Numbered from the stretch's first letter, positions 17,888 to 27,801 are shown. The stretch: 64,000 nucleotides of DNA from an uncultured Bacteroidales bacterium (GCA_964634105.1 CAZWIU010000006.1:4288-68287); one strand, 5' to 3'. Numbers and translations: made by a program. The notes: generated from the letters alone by a model not told the origin.

Positions 17888-19058
17888 GATCATACTGACA
17901 CTTGTTTTTCTTCTGTTTGCCATCCTGGTGTTAGTACAGCACTACATGCCAAAAGCGATCAGCTGGGAGATGACTTTCACAAGTCATAGCAAATCTCCTT
18001 ATGCATGCAGGATCATGAAGGACATGCTCACCGAAATATTCCCCGGATGCAATATATCGGTCAACAACGATAACCTGTACAACATTTCGGAAATTGATAC
18101 TGCGGCAAAACATAATCTCATCATCATCAGTAACGAATTTAATCCCGATGAAGCTACGCAATCAGCATTGCTGGATTTTGTCGCAAGAGGAAATACGGTA
18201 TTCCTTTCAGCATTATCATTCCCTTCCCTTCTTTCCGATACACTTCATCTGGAACTTTATTCACCAATAATCGATACATCATGGCTCAGTAAACAAAAGT
18301 TTGTTCTGAGATTGATAGAGCTTGCTAACGATACCTTTTCTGAATCGGTCTTCAGCCGCAGGATGCCGACAAGTTATTTTACCCGGTATGATACGCTGAG
18401 TACGGTCAAGCTGGGAACCGACAGGGAAGGGAAACCAAATTTTATAGTAACCTCATTTGGCAGGGGTACAATTTTTTTGCATAGCCAGCCATTGGCTTTC
18501 AGTAACTATCATCTTCTATACAGCGATTATAGATATGCCTGCAAGTCACTTTCCTTTCTGCCCTTATCGAATGTAATATGGGATGAATATTATAAACCGG
18601 GCAGGATGATTAACTTATCGCCGGTACGATATATTCTGTCTCAGCCCTCATTGCGATCGGGGTATTACTTGATGATGGCCGTACTGCTGATTTATTTTAT
18701 TTTTGGATCGAAACGTAAACAACGGGCAATACCTGTTGTTAAACCGGAAGAAAATGCTTCGCTCAAATTCTTAATAACGGTCGGGAGGCTGTATTTTCGC
18801 CGTCATGACCATGCAGACCTGGCCAATAAGAAGATCATGTATTTTCATGAATTTATACGCAATCGCTACTATATACACGATACTTCTGACGGTGAAGAAA
18901 ATATCCGGTTACTTGCATTAAAGTCGGGCGTTGATAAGGAGGTTGTAACAAATCTTATTCATAAAACCAATGCTGTGTTTAAACAACAGGAGCTGGGACG
19001 GAATGAGCTTGTTGAATTACACAGACTATTAGATAATTTCTATAAACATTGTAACTAA
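17871..19058 (+). CDS. DUF4350-like membrane protein
   Basis: 395 aa with an N-terminal TM helix, an extracytoplasmic domain (ARGNTVFLSALSFP), a second TM helix (YYLMMAVLLIYFIFG) and a cytoplasmic tail. It overlaps the upstream gene by 17 nt. The position between DUF4129 and MoxR matches the known gene-neighbourhood pattern. Confidence 0.5.
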   Translation: MKAWNKIILTLVFLLFAILVLVQHYMPKAISWEMTFTSHSKSPYACRIMKDMLTEIFPGCNISVNNDNLYNISEIDTAAKHNLIIISNEFNPDEATQSALLDFVARGNTVFLSALSFPSLLSDTLHLELYSPIIDTSWLSKQKFVLRLIELANDTFSESVFSRRMPTSYFTRYDTLSTVKLGTDREGKPNFIVTSFGRGTIFLHSQPLAFSNYHLLYSDYRYACKSLSFLPLSNVIWDEYYKPGRMINLSPVRYILSQPSLRSGYYLMMAVLLIYFIFGSKRKQRAIPVVKPEENASLKFLITVGRLYFRRHDHADLANKKIMYFHEFIRNRYYIHDTSDGEENIRLLALKSGVDKEVVTNLIHKTNAVFKQQELGRNELVELHRLLDNFYKHCN

Positions 19059-19068
19059 ATTAAATTCT

Positions 19069-20049
19069 ATGAATGACCAGGAAATAAAACAAGATCCGGT
19101 TGTATTCGAGGCACTGAAGAATACCGTTGATAAGCTGAAAGCAGAAATAGCCAAAGTGGTCGTAGGACAGGATGATATGGTTGAGCTTATGATCATCGCA
19201 ATTCTTTCGAATGGGCATGTGCTTCTCGAAGGTGTGCCGGGCATTGCCAAAACACTTACTGCGAAAGTAATGGCGAAACTTATCTCTGCTGAATTTTCAC
19301 GCATTCAGTTCACCCCCGACCTCATGCCATCGGATATTACCGGGACCTCTGTATTCAATACCAAAAGCGGATCGTTTGAATTTAACCAGGGCCCTGTCTT
19401 CTCAAATATCATTCTGATCGATGAAATTAACCGGGCACCGGCTAAAACCCAGTCGGCATTGTTTGAGGTTATGGAAGAACGGCAGGTTACAGTAGATGGG
19501 AAAACCTATCTGATGAAGAATCCGTTCCTCGTATTTGCTACACAGAACCCATTGGAACATGAGGGTACTTATCGGCTTCCGGAAGCACAGCTCGATCGTT
19601 TCTTCTTTAAGATCAAAATAACCTACCCGTCGGTGGAAGAAGAATTCCGTATTATCGAAAAGTCACATCTGCGGAAGGAACTGACCGAAATAGAGGCGCT
19701 GTCGCCTTTGCTGAAAGCAGACCAGATGTTGGAGTACCAGAAACAGATACGGTGTGTACATATCGAAGAACCCCTGATGAAGTATATTGCAGAAATCATC
19801 AACAAAACACGGAACCACCCCTCGTTATACCTGGGCGCTTCGCCGCGTGCTTCAATAAATACCCTGGCAGCAAGCAAGGCGCTGGCCGCTATTAGCGGAA
19901 GGGACTATGTAATTCCGGAGGACATACAATCGGTCCTGTTGCCTGTTCTGAATCACAGGATTTATCTTACCCCCGAGAAAGAGCTGGAAGGCGAAGATGA
20001 AAAACAGATCATTACCGGTGTAATAGCATCGGTTGAAGTACCTCGGTAA
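19069..20049 (+). CDS. moxR: MoxR-family AAA+ ATPase
   Basis: 326 aa. Walker A is LLEGVPGIAKT, Walker B is IILIDEINRAP, and the MoxR signature is IQFTPDLMPSDITGT...NPLEHEGTYRLPEAQLDRF. Confidence 0.93.
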   Translation: MNDQEIKQDPVVFEALKNTVDKLKAEIAKVVVGQDDMVELMIIAILSNGHVLLEGVPGIAKTLTAKVMAKLISAEFSRIQFTPDLMPSDITGTSVFNTKSGSFEFNQGPVFSNIILIDEINRAPAKTQSALFEVMEERQVTVDGKTYLMKNPFLVFATQNPLEHEGTYRLPEAQLDRFFFKIKITYPSVEEEFRIIEKSHLRKELTEIEALSPLLKADQMLEYQKQIRCVHIEEPLMKYIAEIINKTRNHPSLYLGASPRASINTLAASKALAAISGRDYVIPEDIQSVLLPVLNHRIYLTPEKELEGEDEKQIITGVIASVEVPR

Positions 20050-20059
20050 AAGCCGGCTT

Positions 20060-21397
20060 ATGCAAATGCTGAAGAGTATTTATATTAATAACCGTTTCTA
20101 CCTGGCATCAATCGTCATTGCCCTGTTTTTTATTGCCGGCTTCTTCTACGATCCGGCCTTCCTTGCTGCAAAAATAAGCCTGATAATACTTGTACTCATT
20201 CTATTCACCGACTTATCGTTACTTTTCTTTACAGGCAGGGATATTATTCTTCTTACTCGTGAACTGCCCGACAGGTTTTCCAACGGCGATAATAACAAGG
20301 TTAATCTTTACATCCGCAATAATCATTTTTTCCCTGTAAAAGCGGATATAATCGACGAATTACCCTTTCAATTTCAGATACGGGATTTTATGATATCGGT
20401 TGAGTTAAAACCCTTTGAAGAAAAAACGCTCGAATATTCGTTGAAACCGACACGGAGAGGGGAATATCATTTTGGTAAGACGAACGTGTTTGTGACAAAC
20501 CGGATTGGCCTGCTGAACAGGCGATATTCATTTAACCAGACAAGGGCCATGGTGCCTGTTTACCCTTCCTTTTTAAATATACGGAAATTCGAGTTCCTGG
20601 CTATCTCGAACCGGCTCACCGAAGCCGGGATTAAGAGAATACGCCGTATCGGTCAGCATTCGGAATTCGACCAGATAAGAGCCTATGTGATAGGAGACGA
20701 CTACCGTACTATTAATTGGAAGGCCACGGCAAAAAAGGGTAAGCTTATGGCCAACCAATACCAGGATGAACGTTCACAGCAGATCTATAACCTGATCGAT
20801 ATGGGGAGGGTTATGAAAATGCCTTTCGAGCAGATGACGTTGCTCGACTATGCCATTAATTCATCACTGGTGCTGGCAAACACTGCTTTGCACAAACACG
20901 ATAAAGCGGGCCTGATAACATTCAATACGACAATTGATGCATTTTTCCCTGCTGAGCGGAGAAATAATACCCTTGTGAAGATGCTGGAGGTGCTGTATAA
21001 CCAGGAAACACTGTTTAACGAGTCGAATTTTGAACTTCTGTATATCACAATCAAACGACGGATAACACACCGAAGCCTGCTTGTGCTATATACCAATTTC
21101 GAATCGTTTGCATCGCTTGGGCGGCAGATGTCATTTCTGCAACGTATAGCACAAAGCCACCTGGTACTCGTTATCATCTTTGAGAATACTGAAATTACGG
21201 GAATCAGAAATAAAACTGCACAAACGGTTGAAGAGATTTATATTCAAACAATCGCTGAGAAATTCATTCACGACAAACACCTGATCATAAAGGAACTTAA
21301 TAAACATGGTATCCTCACAGTTCTAACAAAACCCGCCGACCTTTCAGTCAACCTGGTAAATAAATACCTCGAAGTGAAAGACAGGAATTTGCTCTGA
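20060..21397 (+). CDS. DUF58-family protein (MoxR partner, vWA-like fold)
   Basis: The DUF58 hallmark is EFDQIRAYVIGDDYRTINWKATAKKGKLMANQYQDERSQ, with two N-terminal TM helices. The ORF opens at 20033, overlapping moxR. I prefer the ATG at 20060 (MQMLKS), after the moxR stop. Confidence 0.85.
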   Translation: MQMLKSIYINNRFYLASIVIALFFIAGFFYDPAFLAAKISLIILVLILFTDLSLLFFTGRDIILLTRELPDRFSNGDNNKVNLYIRNNHFFPVKADIIDELPFQFQIRDFMISVELKPFEEKTLEYSLKPTRRGEYHFGKTNVFVTNRIGLLNRRYSFNQTRAMVPVYPSFLNIRKFEFLAISNRLTEAGIKRIRRIGQHSEFDQIRAYVIGDDYRTINWKATAKKGKLMANQYQDERSQQIYNLIDMGRVMKMPFEQMTLLDYAINSSLVLANTALHKHDKAGLITFNTTIDAFFPAERRNNTLVKMLEVLYNQETLFNESNFELLYITIKRRITHRSLLVLYTNFESFASLGRQMSFLQRIAQSHLVLVIIFENTEITGIRNKTAQTVEEIYIQTIAEKFIHDKHLIIKELNKHGILTVLTKPADLSVNLVNKYLEVKDRNLL

Positions 21398-21404
21398 AAG
21401 AACT

Positions 21405-21773
21405 TCATCTCATCTTTACATAGAACACTATTCTTACAGCAAATAATATGACAAGGCTGATCAGGAACAGTATGAAAATTCCTTTTCGTATTTTCTTTAT
21501 CACTGGTTTCGGTATTGTATCGTAGGTGATCTCAATTACAAGCATAATAGGAAGAAAAAGTACCAAAGGGTTGTAATTCATAGCAGAAGCAAGTCTGAAA
21601 TGGGCCAGGTCGTAACTTGCCCTGGTCATGCCGCACAGGGGACAAAGAATCCCGGTTACTTCACGGAATAAACACAACGAAATTCCATTATAGATATAAC
21701 GGGAAGGACAAAGAAGGAGGAATAGAATAGCGGCAATAATGAAACCATATTTGATATACAAGGTATTCTTCAT
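21405..21773 (-). CDS. DUF2752-family small membrane protein
   Basis: 122 aa. The Cys motif CLFREVTGILCPLCGMTRA is followed by TM helices. Confidence 0.65.
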   Translation of the reverse strand: MKNTLYIKYGFIIAAILFLLLCPSRYIYNGISLCLFREVTGILCPLCGMTRASYDLAHFRLASAMNYNPLVLFLPIMLVIEITYDTIPKPVIKKIRKGIFILFLISLVILFAVRIVFYVKMR

Positions 21774-21792
21774 GGAACCTGCCTTTTGATCT

Positions 21793-22725
21793 TTATTCTG
21801 GCTTCAAGAATCCACTTGCTTTCAACCATTCCAGGCAGGCTGATGGCCATTGTTTTTCAGTTTTGCCTTCTTTTGCAAGCCCGTAACCGTGCCCACCGCT
21901 CAGGTATATATGAAGTTCGCAGGGAACGTTGTTTTTCTGCAGGGCTGTATAATAATTGATACTGTTAGCAACCGGAACAGCGCCATCGTCCGATGAATGA
22001 AACAGGAATGTAGGGGGCGTTTCGCGATTCACCTGAAGATCGTTCGAGAAATGAACCACAGTAGCTGTATCAGGTGAGTACCCCAGCAGATTTATACGAG
22101 ATCCCATATGGGTTAAACTACTCATCATTGATATAACCGGATAGCCCAGGATCGCAAAATCAGGGCGGGCGCTTGTAGAATCGATTGCATTGTAAACAGA
22201 TTCATCGTAGTGAGTACAAAGTGTCGAAGCCAGGTGTCCACCGGCTGAAAATCCCATAATGCCTATTTTATCAGGGTCGATTCCCCATACTGTGGCATTC
22301 CTTCGGGCAATACGGATAGCTTGCTGAGCATCCTGCAATGGGCCAATCTCTTTGGTCTTCATAATACTGTCGGAAGGCAACCGGTATTTCAGGATAATGG
22401 CGGTGATACCATTTTCATTCAGCCATCTGGCTATTGGTTCTCCTTCTTTCATGTAGGCTATGCGGTAGTATGCGCCTCCCGGGCAAATTATGATGGCAGT
22501 GCCATTCGCCTTTTCTTTTGGTGCTATATATACCTGTATTTCCGGATCTTTCACGCCTGCATAGTTATCACGTCCCCAGGCTTTGACAATACGCTCATTG
22601 TAATGGCTGTTCTCTATTGAATTGGGTACACCCTCCGGCCAGAGTTTTACGATAACAGGTTGAGAGAAGACAGCCGGGAAAAAAGAGAATATGATAAGCA
22701 CGATACAAATGCTACATTTTTTCAT
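21793..22725 (-). CDS. Secreted alpha/beta-hydrolase (esterase, carbohydrate-esterase-like)
   Basis: 310 aa with a signal peptide. The oxyanion region is IIICPGGAY, the nucleophile elbow is GFSAGGHLA, and C-terminal His/Asp blocks are present (SSDDGAVP, GGHGYG). Confidence 0.8.
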   Translation of the reverse strand: MKKCSICIVLIIFSFFPAVFSQPVIVKLWPEGVPNSIENSHYNERIVKAWGRDNYAGVKDPEIQVYIAPKEKANGTAIIICPGGAYYRIAYMKEGEPIARWLNENGITAIILKYRLPSDSIMKTKEIGPLQDAQQAIRIARRNATVWGIDPDKIGIMGFSAGGHLASTLCTHYDESVYNAIDSTSARPDFAILGYPVISMMSSLTHMGSRINLLGYSPDTATVVHFSNDLQVNRETPPTFLFHSSDDGAVPVANSINYYTALQKNNVPCELHIYLSGGHGYGLAKEGKTEKQWPSACLEWLKASGFLKPE

Positions 22726-22826
22726 CTTGTGCAGGTTTTTTTATGCTAAAGTAAAAGATGTGACAGAAATAAAAAAAATGGAGTTTATAAACAAAGAGTA
22801 CATCAGTTTTATTCTTTTCATTCCCT

Positions 22827-23762
22827 TTAATGAAGAGAGGGAAGTGAATCCAACTCATGGGCCAACCATATTGCCAGTTTATTTGCTCCGGCCTTGTTCA
22901 TATGTTCTGAGTCACCCCAATTATGAGGATCCGACATGATTGCATCGGGAGGATACAGGATTATACCATGCTTAAGGTATGTCTCATACTCCAACGGCTT
23001 TTTATAGGGTGGAGCAAAATGGGGGAGGTAAAGAAAACAGATATCAATGCCATTACGGGAACATAAATCATATACCTTTTTATTATAGGACCTTGGAAAT
23101 TTCAACTGAAAGTTTCTTTCAGTTTCACTCATAATTCTTGGTTTCATGAGTAGTCTTTTGTTCGCTGTTGAGATTTCCTTATCCGAGGCAGTGTCGTTTG
23201 TTGAAGCAAAGCCATACACTTCCTTTTTGACAGGAACTTCAGGGGCGGTTTTAAATATAATTCTCTGCAGGATTTGAAGCTTATATGTGAATGCCAAATA
23301 AAGATCGCTAAAAAGGTCACGGTTAACTAACACCTTGGGCAGGAATACATCCGATTCGTCAGCCAGGTATGGAAATACCGGATGACTAAACCAATCCTCA
23401 TCTCCCCTGACTTCTATTACAATCAGTTTAGGATGTTTTTGTTTTAGAAGGTCTTTTAACAAGACATAGGTAAGATTATTTCCAAGGCGGCAATACCCGA
23501 AATTTGCCACATGAAGACCTGTATCAGTTAAGTTTTTCTCAATCTCCATTTCATTTATGCCGGTGATCGTATGCGATGAGCCAAAAAACGCAACATCAAC
23601 CGGAGTGTCATTCTTAAAAATCCTGTCGTATATCCACACAGCATGATTGAAACAGTCATTCTCAAGGTATTGATATCTGTACCTTTTATTAACCGGGATA
23701 AGAATGATCAGTAAGAATATCGGCAATATAAACAGAAGGATATAAATGAGTACTCTTTTCAT
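22827..23762 (-). CDS. Membrane-anchored DltD/SGNH-like partner protein of the MBOAT acyltransferase
   Basis: An N-terminal TM helix (MKRVLIYILLFILPIFLLIILI) is followed by FFGSSHTITG, which resembles SGNH block I and DltD. The ATG at 23762 lies 1 nt after the MBOAT stop (TAAtATG). The ORF track extends it to 23798. Confidence 0.55.
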   Translation of the reverse strand: MKRVLIYILLFILPIFLLIILIPVNKRYRYQYLENDCFNHAVWIYDRIFKNDTPVDVAFFGSSHTITGINEMEIEKNLTDTGLHVANFGYCRLGNNLTYVLLKDLLKQKHPKLIVIEVRGDEDWFSHPVFPYLADESDVFLPKVLVNRDLFSDLYLAFTYKLQILQRIIFKTAPEVPVKKEVYGFASTNDTASDKEISTANKRLLMKPRIMSETERNFQLKFPRSYNKKVYDLCSRNGIDICFLYLPHFAPPYKKPLEYETYLKHGIILYPPDAIMSDPHNWGDSEHMNKAGANKLAIWLAHELDSLPSLH

Positions 23763-23763
23763 A

Positions 23764-25188
23764 TTAAAACTGAAAATAGATAAAATAGGGACGGACATCG
23801 AGATTTAGCATCAATAAAATCACAATTACCGCCAAATAATATATACTGAGTCGAACTGGCTTTTGCTGTTTTTCAACCCATGAATTAAAGTCGCCCGTTC
23901 CTATCTTTGTTTCTATACATTGAAAGAGAATAAAAACGATCGTGAACAGAGATAACTTAATAATTCCAAACTGATTTATTAATATATCTGAAAGTTGTTG
24001 AAGATTGACCGGAAGAGAAAAAGCATTGCTGATGATAGACTCAAGATGTTCAATAGAATTGGCACGAAATGGCAGCCAGAAAACCGAAACAATAAAAAAA
24101 ACAAGAATCACCCTGTAATAGCCCTTTGTAAACAAGCGGAATCTTTTTTCTATAATGATTATTGCTCCATGTAACGCACCCCACAAAACATAGGTCAGGT
24201 TAGCTCCATGCCAGAGCCCTGAAAGCACGAATGTTGCAAACAGATTTATATAAGTTCTTAACGATCCTTTTTTATTTCCTCCCAGCGGGTAATACACATA
24301 ATCGCGAAACCAGGAAGAAAGTGAAATATGCCAGCGATGCCAGAATTCAGTGATACTTTTTGAAAGATAGGGAGTCTTAAAGTTGCTCATTAGCTCGAAA
24401 CCAAGCATTTTCGATATACCGATGGCGATATCGGAGTATCCTGAAAAATCGCAATAGATCTGGAAGGAGAAAAAGAAAGTCCCCAGCAGTGCAGTAATTC
24501 CGTTTCCCTGGAATGCTGGGTCGAATATCTTGTCCACAAGTAAGCCAAGATTATCGGCAATCACAATTTTCTTAAAGAAACCCCATAAGGCCAGCCTGAG
24601 GCCTGCAATCGTGCGCATATAATCGTATTCTATTCGCCTGCTGAATTGTGGCAGGAGATTTCTCGCACGCTCGATCGGGCCTGCAACAAGTTGTGGGAAA
24701 AATGCAACAAAAGAAAAGAAGGCAATAATGTCTTTTGTAGGATGGAGCTGTTTCTTATAAATATCGATGGTATAGCTTAACGATTGAAACGTATAGAAAC
24801 TGATCCCGACAGGAAGTATAATATTCAGAGTCGACTTGTTCAGGTGAATTGAGAAAAGGGAGAAGAAATCGGTAAATGAATTAACGAAGAAATTAAAGTA
24901 CTTGAAAAATCCCAGTATTCCCAGGTTGATGGTCAGGCTCAAAGCCAACAGGAAATTTCGATGTGCCGGTTTTTCTGCTTTGACGATCATTAGTCCCAGG
25001 GAAAAATCAACAGCAGAGCTGAAGATAATCAGGCTTAAAAACCGCCAATCCCACCAGCCATAGAAAAGATAGCTTGCGATCAGAATGAACAGATTCCTGA
25101 TTCTTACAGGCATCTTAAATGTACATATCCAATACAGTAGGAAGAAGGCTGAAAAGAAAATCAGGAATACGATGGAATTGAATACCAT
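23764..25188 (-). CDS. MBOAT-family membrane-bound O-acyltransferase (AlgI/DltB-like)
   Basis: 474 aa and polytopic. Hallmarks are FWHRWHISLSSWFRDYVYYPLGGN and the catalytic His region LSGLWHGANLTY. Confidence 0.9.
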   Translation of the reverse strand: MVFNSIVFLIFFSAFFLLYWICTFKMPVRIRNLFILIASYLFYGWWDWRFLSLIIFSSAVDFSLGLMIVKAEKPAHRNFLLALSLTINLGILGFFKYFNFFVNSFTDFFSLFSIHLNKSTLNIILPVGISFYTFQSLSYTIDIYKKQLHPTKDIIAFFSFVAFFPQLVAGPIERARNLLPQFSRRIEYDYMRTIAGLRLALWGFFKKIVIADNLGLLVDKIFDPAFQGNGITALLGTFFFSFQIYCDFSGYSDIAIGISKMLGFELMSNFKTPYLSKSITEFWHRWHISLSSWFRDYVYYPLGGNKKGSLRTYINLFATFVLSGLWHGANLTYVLWGALHGAIIIIEKRFRLFTKGYYRVILVFFIVSVFWLPFRANSIEHLESIISNAFSLPVNLQQLSDILINQFGIIKLSLFTIVFILFQCIETKIGTGDFNSWVEKQQKPVRLSIYYLAVIVILLMLNLDVRPYFIYFQF

Positions 25189-25241
25189 ATTCAGTTGAAA
25201 AATAACCTGTTATCGAATAAAAAATCGTATGCAATAAGTTT

Positions 25242-25595
25242 CTAAAACCAGTGTTTACGATTCCGGTTATAAGTCCATTCCAATCCGGTTTCCTGGTCTG
25301 ATAACCAGAGGCTCTCTCTGTCGACTTCATAAAAATACTTGTATGTAGCCTGACCAAACCAACCGGACTCGATCATTACCAGTGCATCAGCCTTTACAGA
25401 GTATTTTCCCATGCCGGTATTCGGATCAAGCCCCGGTATAGGTATATTCCAATAATACGTTCCATCTTCCAGGAAAGTGATAATATAATCAACCGCTTTA
25501 TCATTCCTGCTCCAACTTCCAACGAGCAGCTCGGTTGGTTCTTTTTCGCATCCTGAAAATAGCAACAGTAAAACAACTACATGAATCTTTTTCAT
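25242..25595 (-). CDS. Small lipoprotein, unknown function
   Basis: The internal start MKKIHVVVLLLLFSGCEK gives a clean lipobox. The longer ORF to 25691 adds an implausible N-terminal extension. Confidence 0.55.
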   Translation of the reverse strand: MKKIHVVVLLLLFSGCEKEPTELLVGSWSRNDKAVDYIITFLEDGTYYWNIPIPGLDPNTGMGKYSVKADALVMIESGWFGQATYKYFYEVDRESLWLSDQETGLEWTYNRNRKHWF

Positions 25596-25899
25596 CGGAA
25601 AACGTTTATTGTAGGATGCCCTGAAATTAGTTAAGGTTGCCTGAAGATACATACAAAAATTCATTATCCGCCAATTTATTATTTTGAGCACTATTATAGT
25701 TCAAAAGAATTGATATGATCTCAAGGGAAGGGATCAAAAATAGTAGTCCCTTTTTGTTCACAAGGAAGAAATTCATTCTTAAAATTATTAGATTTGAATC
25801 ACCTATTATGCTATTGTACAACCTGGATTAAGACCTGGTCATAGATTTATAGAAAAAATAAAAAATATCCTTTTATCACCTGCAATTCAACAAACTGCT

Positions 25900-27801
25900 A
25901 TGGAAAACCAATTCACTTTTAAAGAAAGACTTCGTTATCGTTTCGAAAATACACTGTCGAAAGGTACCATATCACTCATTGCCTGGCTGGGTATATTCTC
26001 AATCCTGGTTATGTTTATTGGCGGTGCATTTATTTCTGTACTAGGGATCACCCAAGACCCTTCGGAAGAAAAACTGGGTTTCTGGGAGGCTTTCTGGCAA
26101 AGCCTTGTACGAACGCTCGATTCAGGTACGTTTGGAGGTGATACCGGTTGGGGATTCCGGTTGATTATGCTTTTTGTAACCCTGGGCGGAGTATTCATAG
26201 TTAGTGCCCTGATCGGTGTGTTAAATTCCGGACTTGAGACCAAATTGACAGAGATCCGTAAAGGCCGGTCAAAAGTTATTGAAAGCGGTCATACACTAAT
26301 CCTTGGTTGGACACCTACAATAATGAATATTATCTCGGAGTTGATTAAAGCCAATGAAAACCAGAAAAAAGCACGAATTGTCATTATGTCTGAAAGAGAC
26401 AAGGTTGAAATGGAGGACGATATACGGATGCATTTTCCATCGACAGGTAATACCAAGATTATTTGTCGCACAGGCTCACCCCTTAACCTGGTTGATCTTT
26501 CAATTACCAATTTCAATGAGGCGAAATCAATTATCATCCTGTCGCCTGAGACCGAAAATCCCGATACGCATACAATTAAATCGGTGCTGGCAATTACCAA
26601 TAATCCAAACCGGCGTCAGGGGAAATACCATATAGTAGCAGAGATCAGGGATGAGGAGAATATGGAGGCAGCCATATTGGTCGGAGGAGATGAAGTAAGT
26701 TATATACTGTCCGCTGATCTTATTTCACGCATCACAGCTCAAACCTGCAGACAGTCAGGATTAAGTATAATTTATACTGAATTACTTGACTTCGGAGGAG
26801 ATGAGATCTATTTTAAGGAGGAAAAATCGCTGACCGGGAAAAGTTATAAGGCCGCTCTCTTTGCCTATGAAAAATCAGCTGTTATGGGCATTAAAAAAGC
26901 CGATGGTACTGTTCTTATTAACCCCGATATGAATCATACGATCGGTGCGGGCGATGAATTGATAGCAATTTCGGAAGATGATGATACAATCATACTATCG
27001 GGAAGGACAGACTTCAACATCCGTGAGGAGGAAATTATTCTAGGAGAAAAAGGTCCTGCAAAAAGGGAAAAGAACCTGATCCTTGGTTGGAATAGCAAGG
27101 GTCATCGCATTGTTAAAGAGCTGGATAATTATGTGATCAAAGGTTCAGAGTTATTGGTTGTTGCTGAAAATGAAAATACCGGGCAGGAGGTTACAATTCT
27201 TTCGCAACAGTTAAAGAACCTTGTAATCGGTTTCAGACAGGGAAATATTACAAACCGTCAGGTACTGGACGCTCTCGATGTTAGTTCATACCGGCAGATT
27301 GTTGTGCTTGGAGACCAGGGTCTGGAGATACAGGAAGCCGATGCAAAGACTTTGATAACTTTGTTGCATCTCAGGAATATTTCGGAACAAAAGAAAATTG
27401 ATTTCAGCATTGTCAGCGAAATGTTTGATGTGCAAAACCGCGAACTTGCTCAAATTACTAAAGCTGACGATTTCATTGTAAGCGATAATATTATCAGTCT
27501 GATGATCACCCAGCTTTCTGAAAACCGACATTTGAAAAAAGTATTTGATATTTTATTTGCATCCGAAGGTTCTGAGATATACCTTAAACCCATGCGGGAG
27601 TATGTAAATGTTGGCAGCGAAATTAACTTCTATACGCTTCTCGAGGCTGCATCAATAAAGGGTGAAACAGCCCTCGGTTACAAGCTGGCATTTGCAAAAG
27701 ATAATCCCGGTAAACAATTCGGTGTACAGCTAAATCCTGAAAAATCGAAAACATTTGTCGTTGGAGTGAAAGATAAAATTATTGTACTTAGTGAAGGTTA
27801 A
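25900..27801 (+). CDS. CASTOR/POLLUX-related putative ion channel with two RCK (TrkA-N-like) domains
   Basis: 633 aa. The family-typical N-terminus is LRYRFENTLSKGTISLIAWL. Two TM helices flank a pore-loop-like segment, TLDSGTFGGDTGW. Two Rossmann-like starts are present, HTLILGWTPTIMNIISEL and NLILGWNSKGHRIVKEL. Confidence 0.7.
   Translation: MENQFTFKERLRYRFENTLSKGTISLIAWLGIFSILVMFIGGAFISVLGITQDPSEEKLGFWEAFWQSLVRTLDSGTFGGDTGWGFRLIMLFVTLGGVFIVSALIGVLNSGLETKLTEIRKGRSKVIESGHTLILGWTPTIMNIISELIKANENQKKARIVIMSERDKVEMEDDIRMHFPSTGNTKIICRTGSPLNLVDLSITNFNEAKSIIILSPETENPDTHTIKSVLAITNNPNRRQGKYHIVAEIRDEENMEAAILVGGDEVSYILSADLISRITAQTCRQSGLSIIYTELLDFGGDEIYFKEEKSLTGKSYKAALFAYEKSAVMGIKKADGTVLINPDMNHTIGAGDELIAISEDDDTIILSGRTDFNIREEEIILGEKGPAKREKNLILGWNSKGHRIVKELDNYVIKGSELLVVAENENTGQEVTILSQQLKNLVIGFRQGNITNRQVLDALDVSSYRQIVVLGDQGLEIQEADAKTLITLLHLRNISEQKKIDFSIVSEMFDVQNRELAQITKADDFIVSDNIISLMITQLSENRHLKKVFDILFASEGSEIYLKPMREYVNVGSEINFYTLLEAASIKGETALGYKLAFAKDNPGKQFGVQLNPEKSKTFVVGVKDKIIVLSEG

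Noticed and set aside
20033-20059. The longest-ORF start of the DUF58 gene, overlapping moxR by 17 nt.
   Set aside because: It is possible, but the ATG at 20060 follows the moxR stop and precedes the first TM helix. I kept it only as an alternative.
25596-25691. The N-terminal 32-codon extension of the lipoprotein ORF.
   Set aside because: The internal Met gives a canonical lipoprotein signal (MKKIHVVVLLLLFSGC). The extension would bury it.
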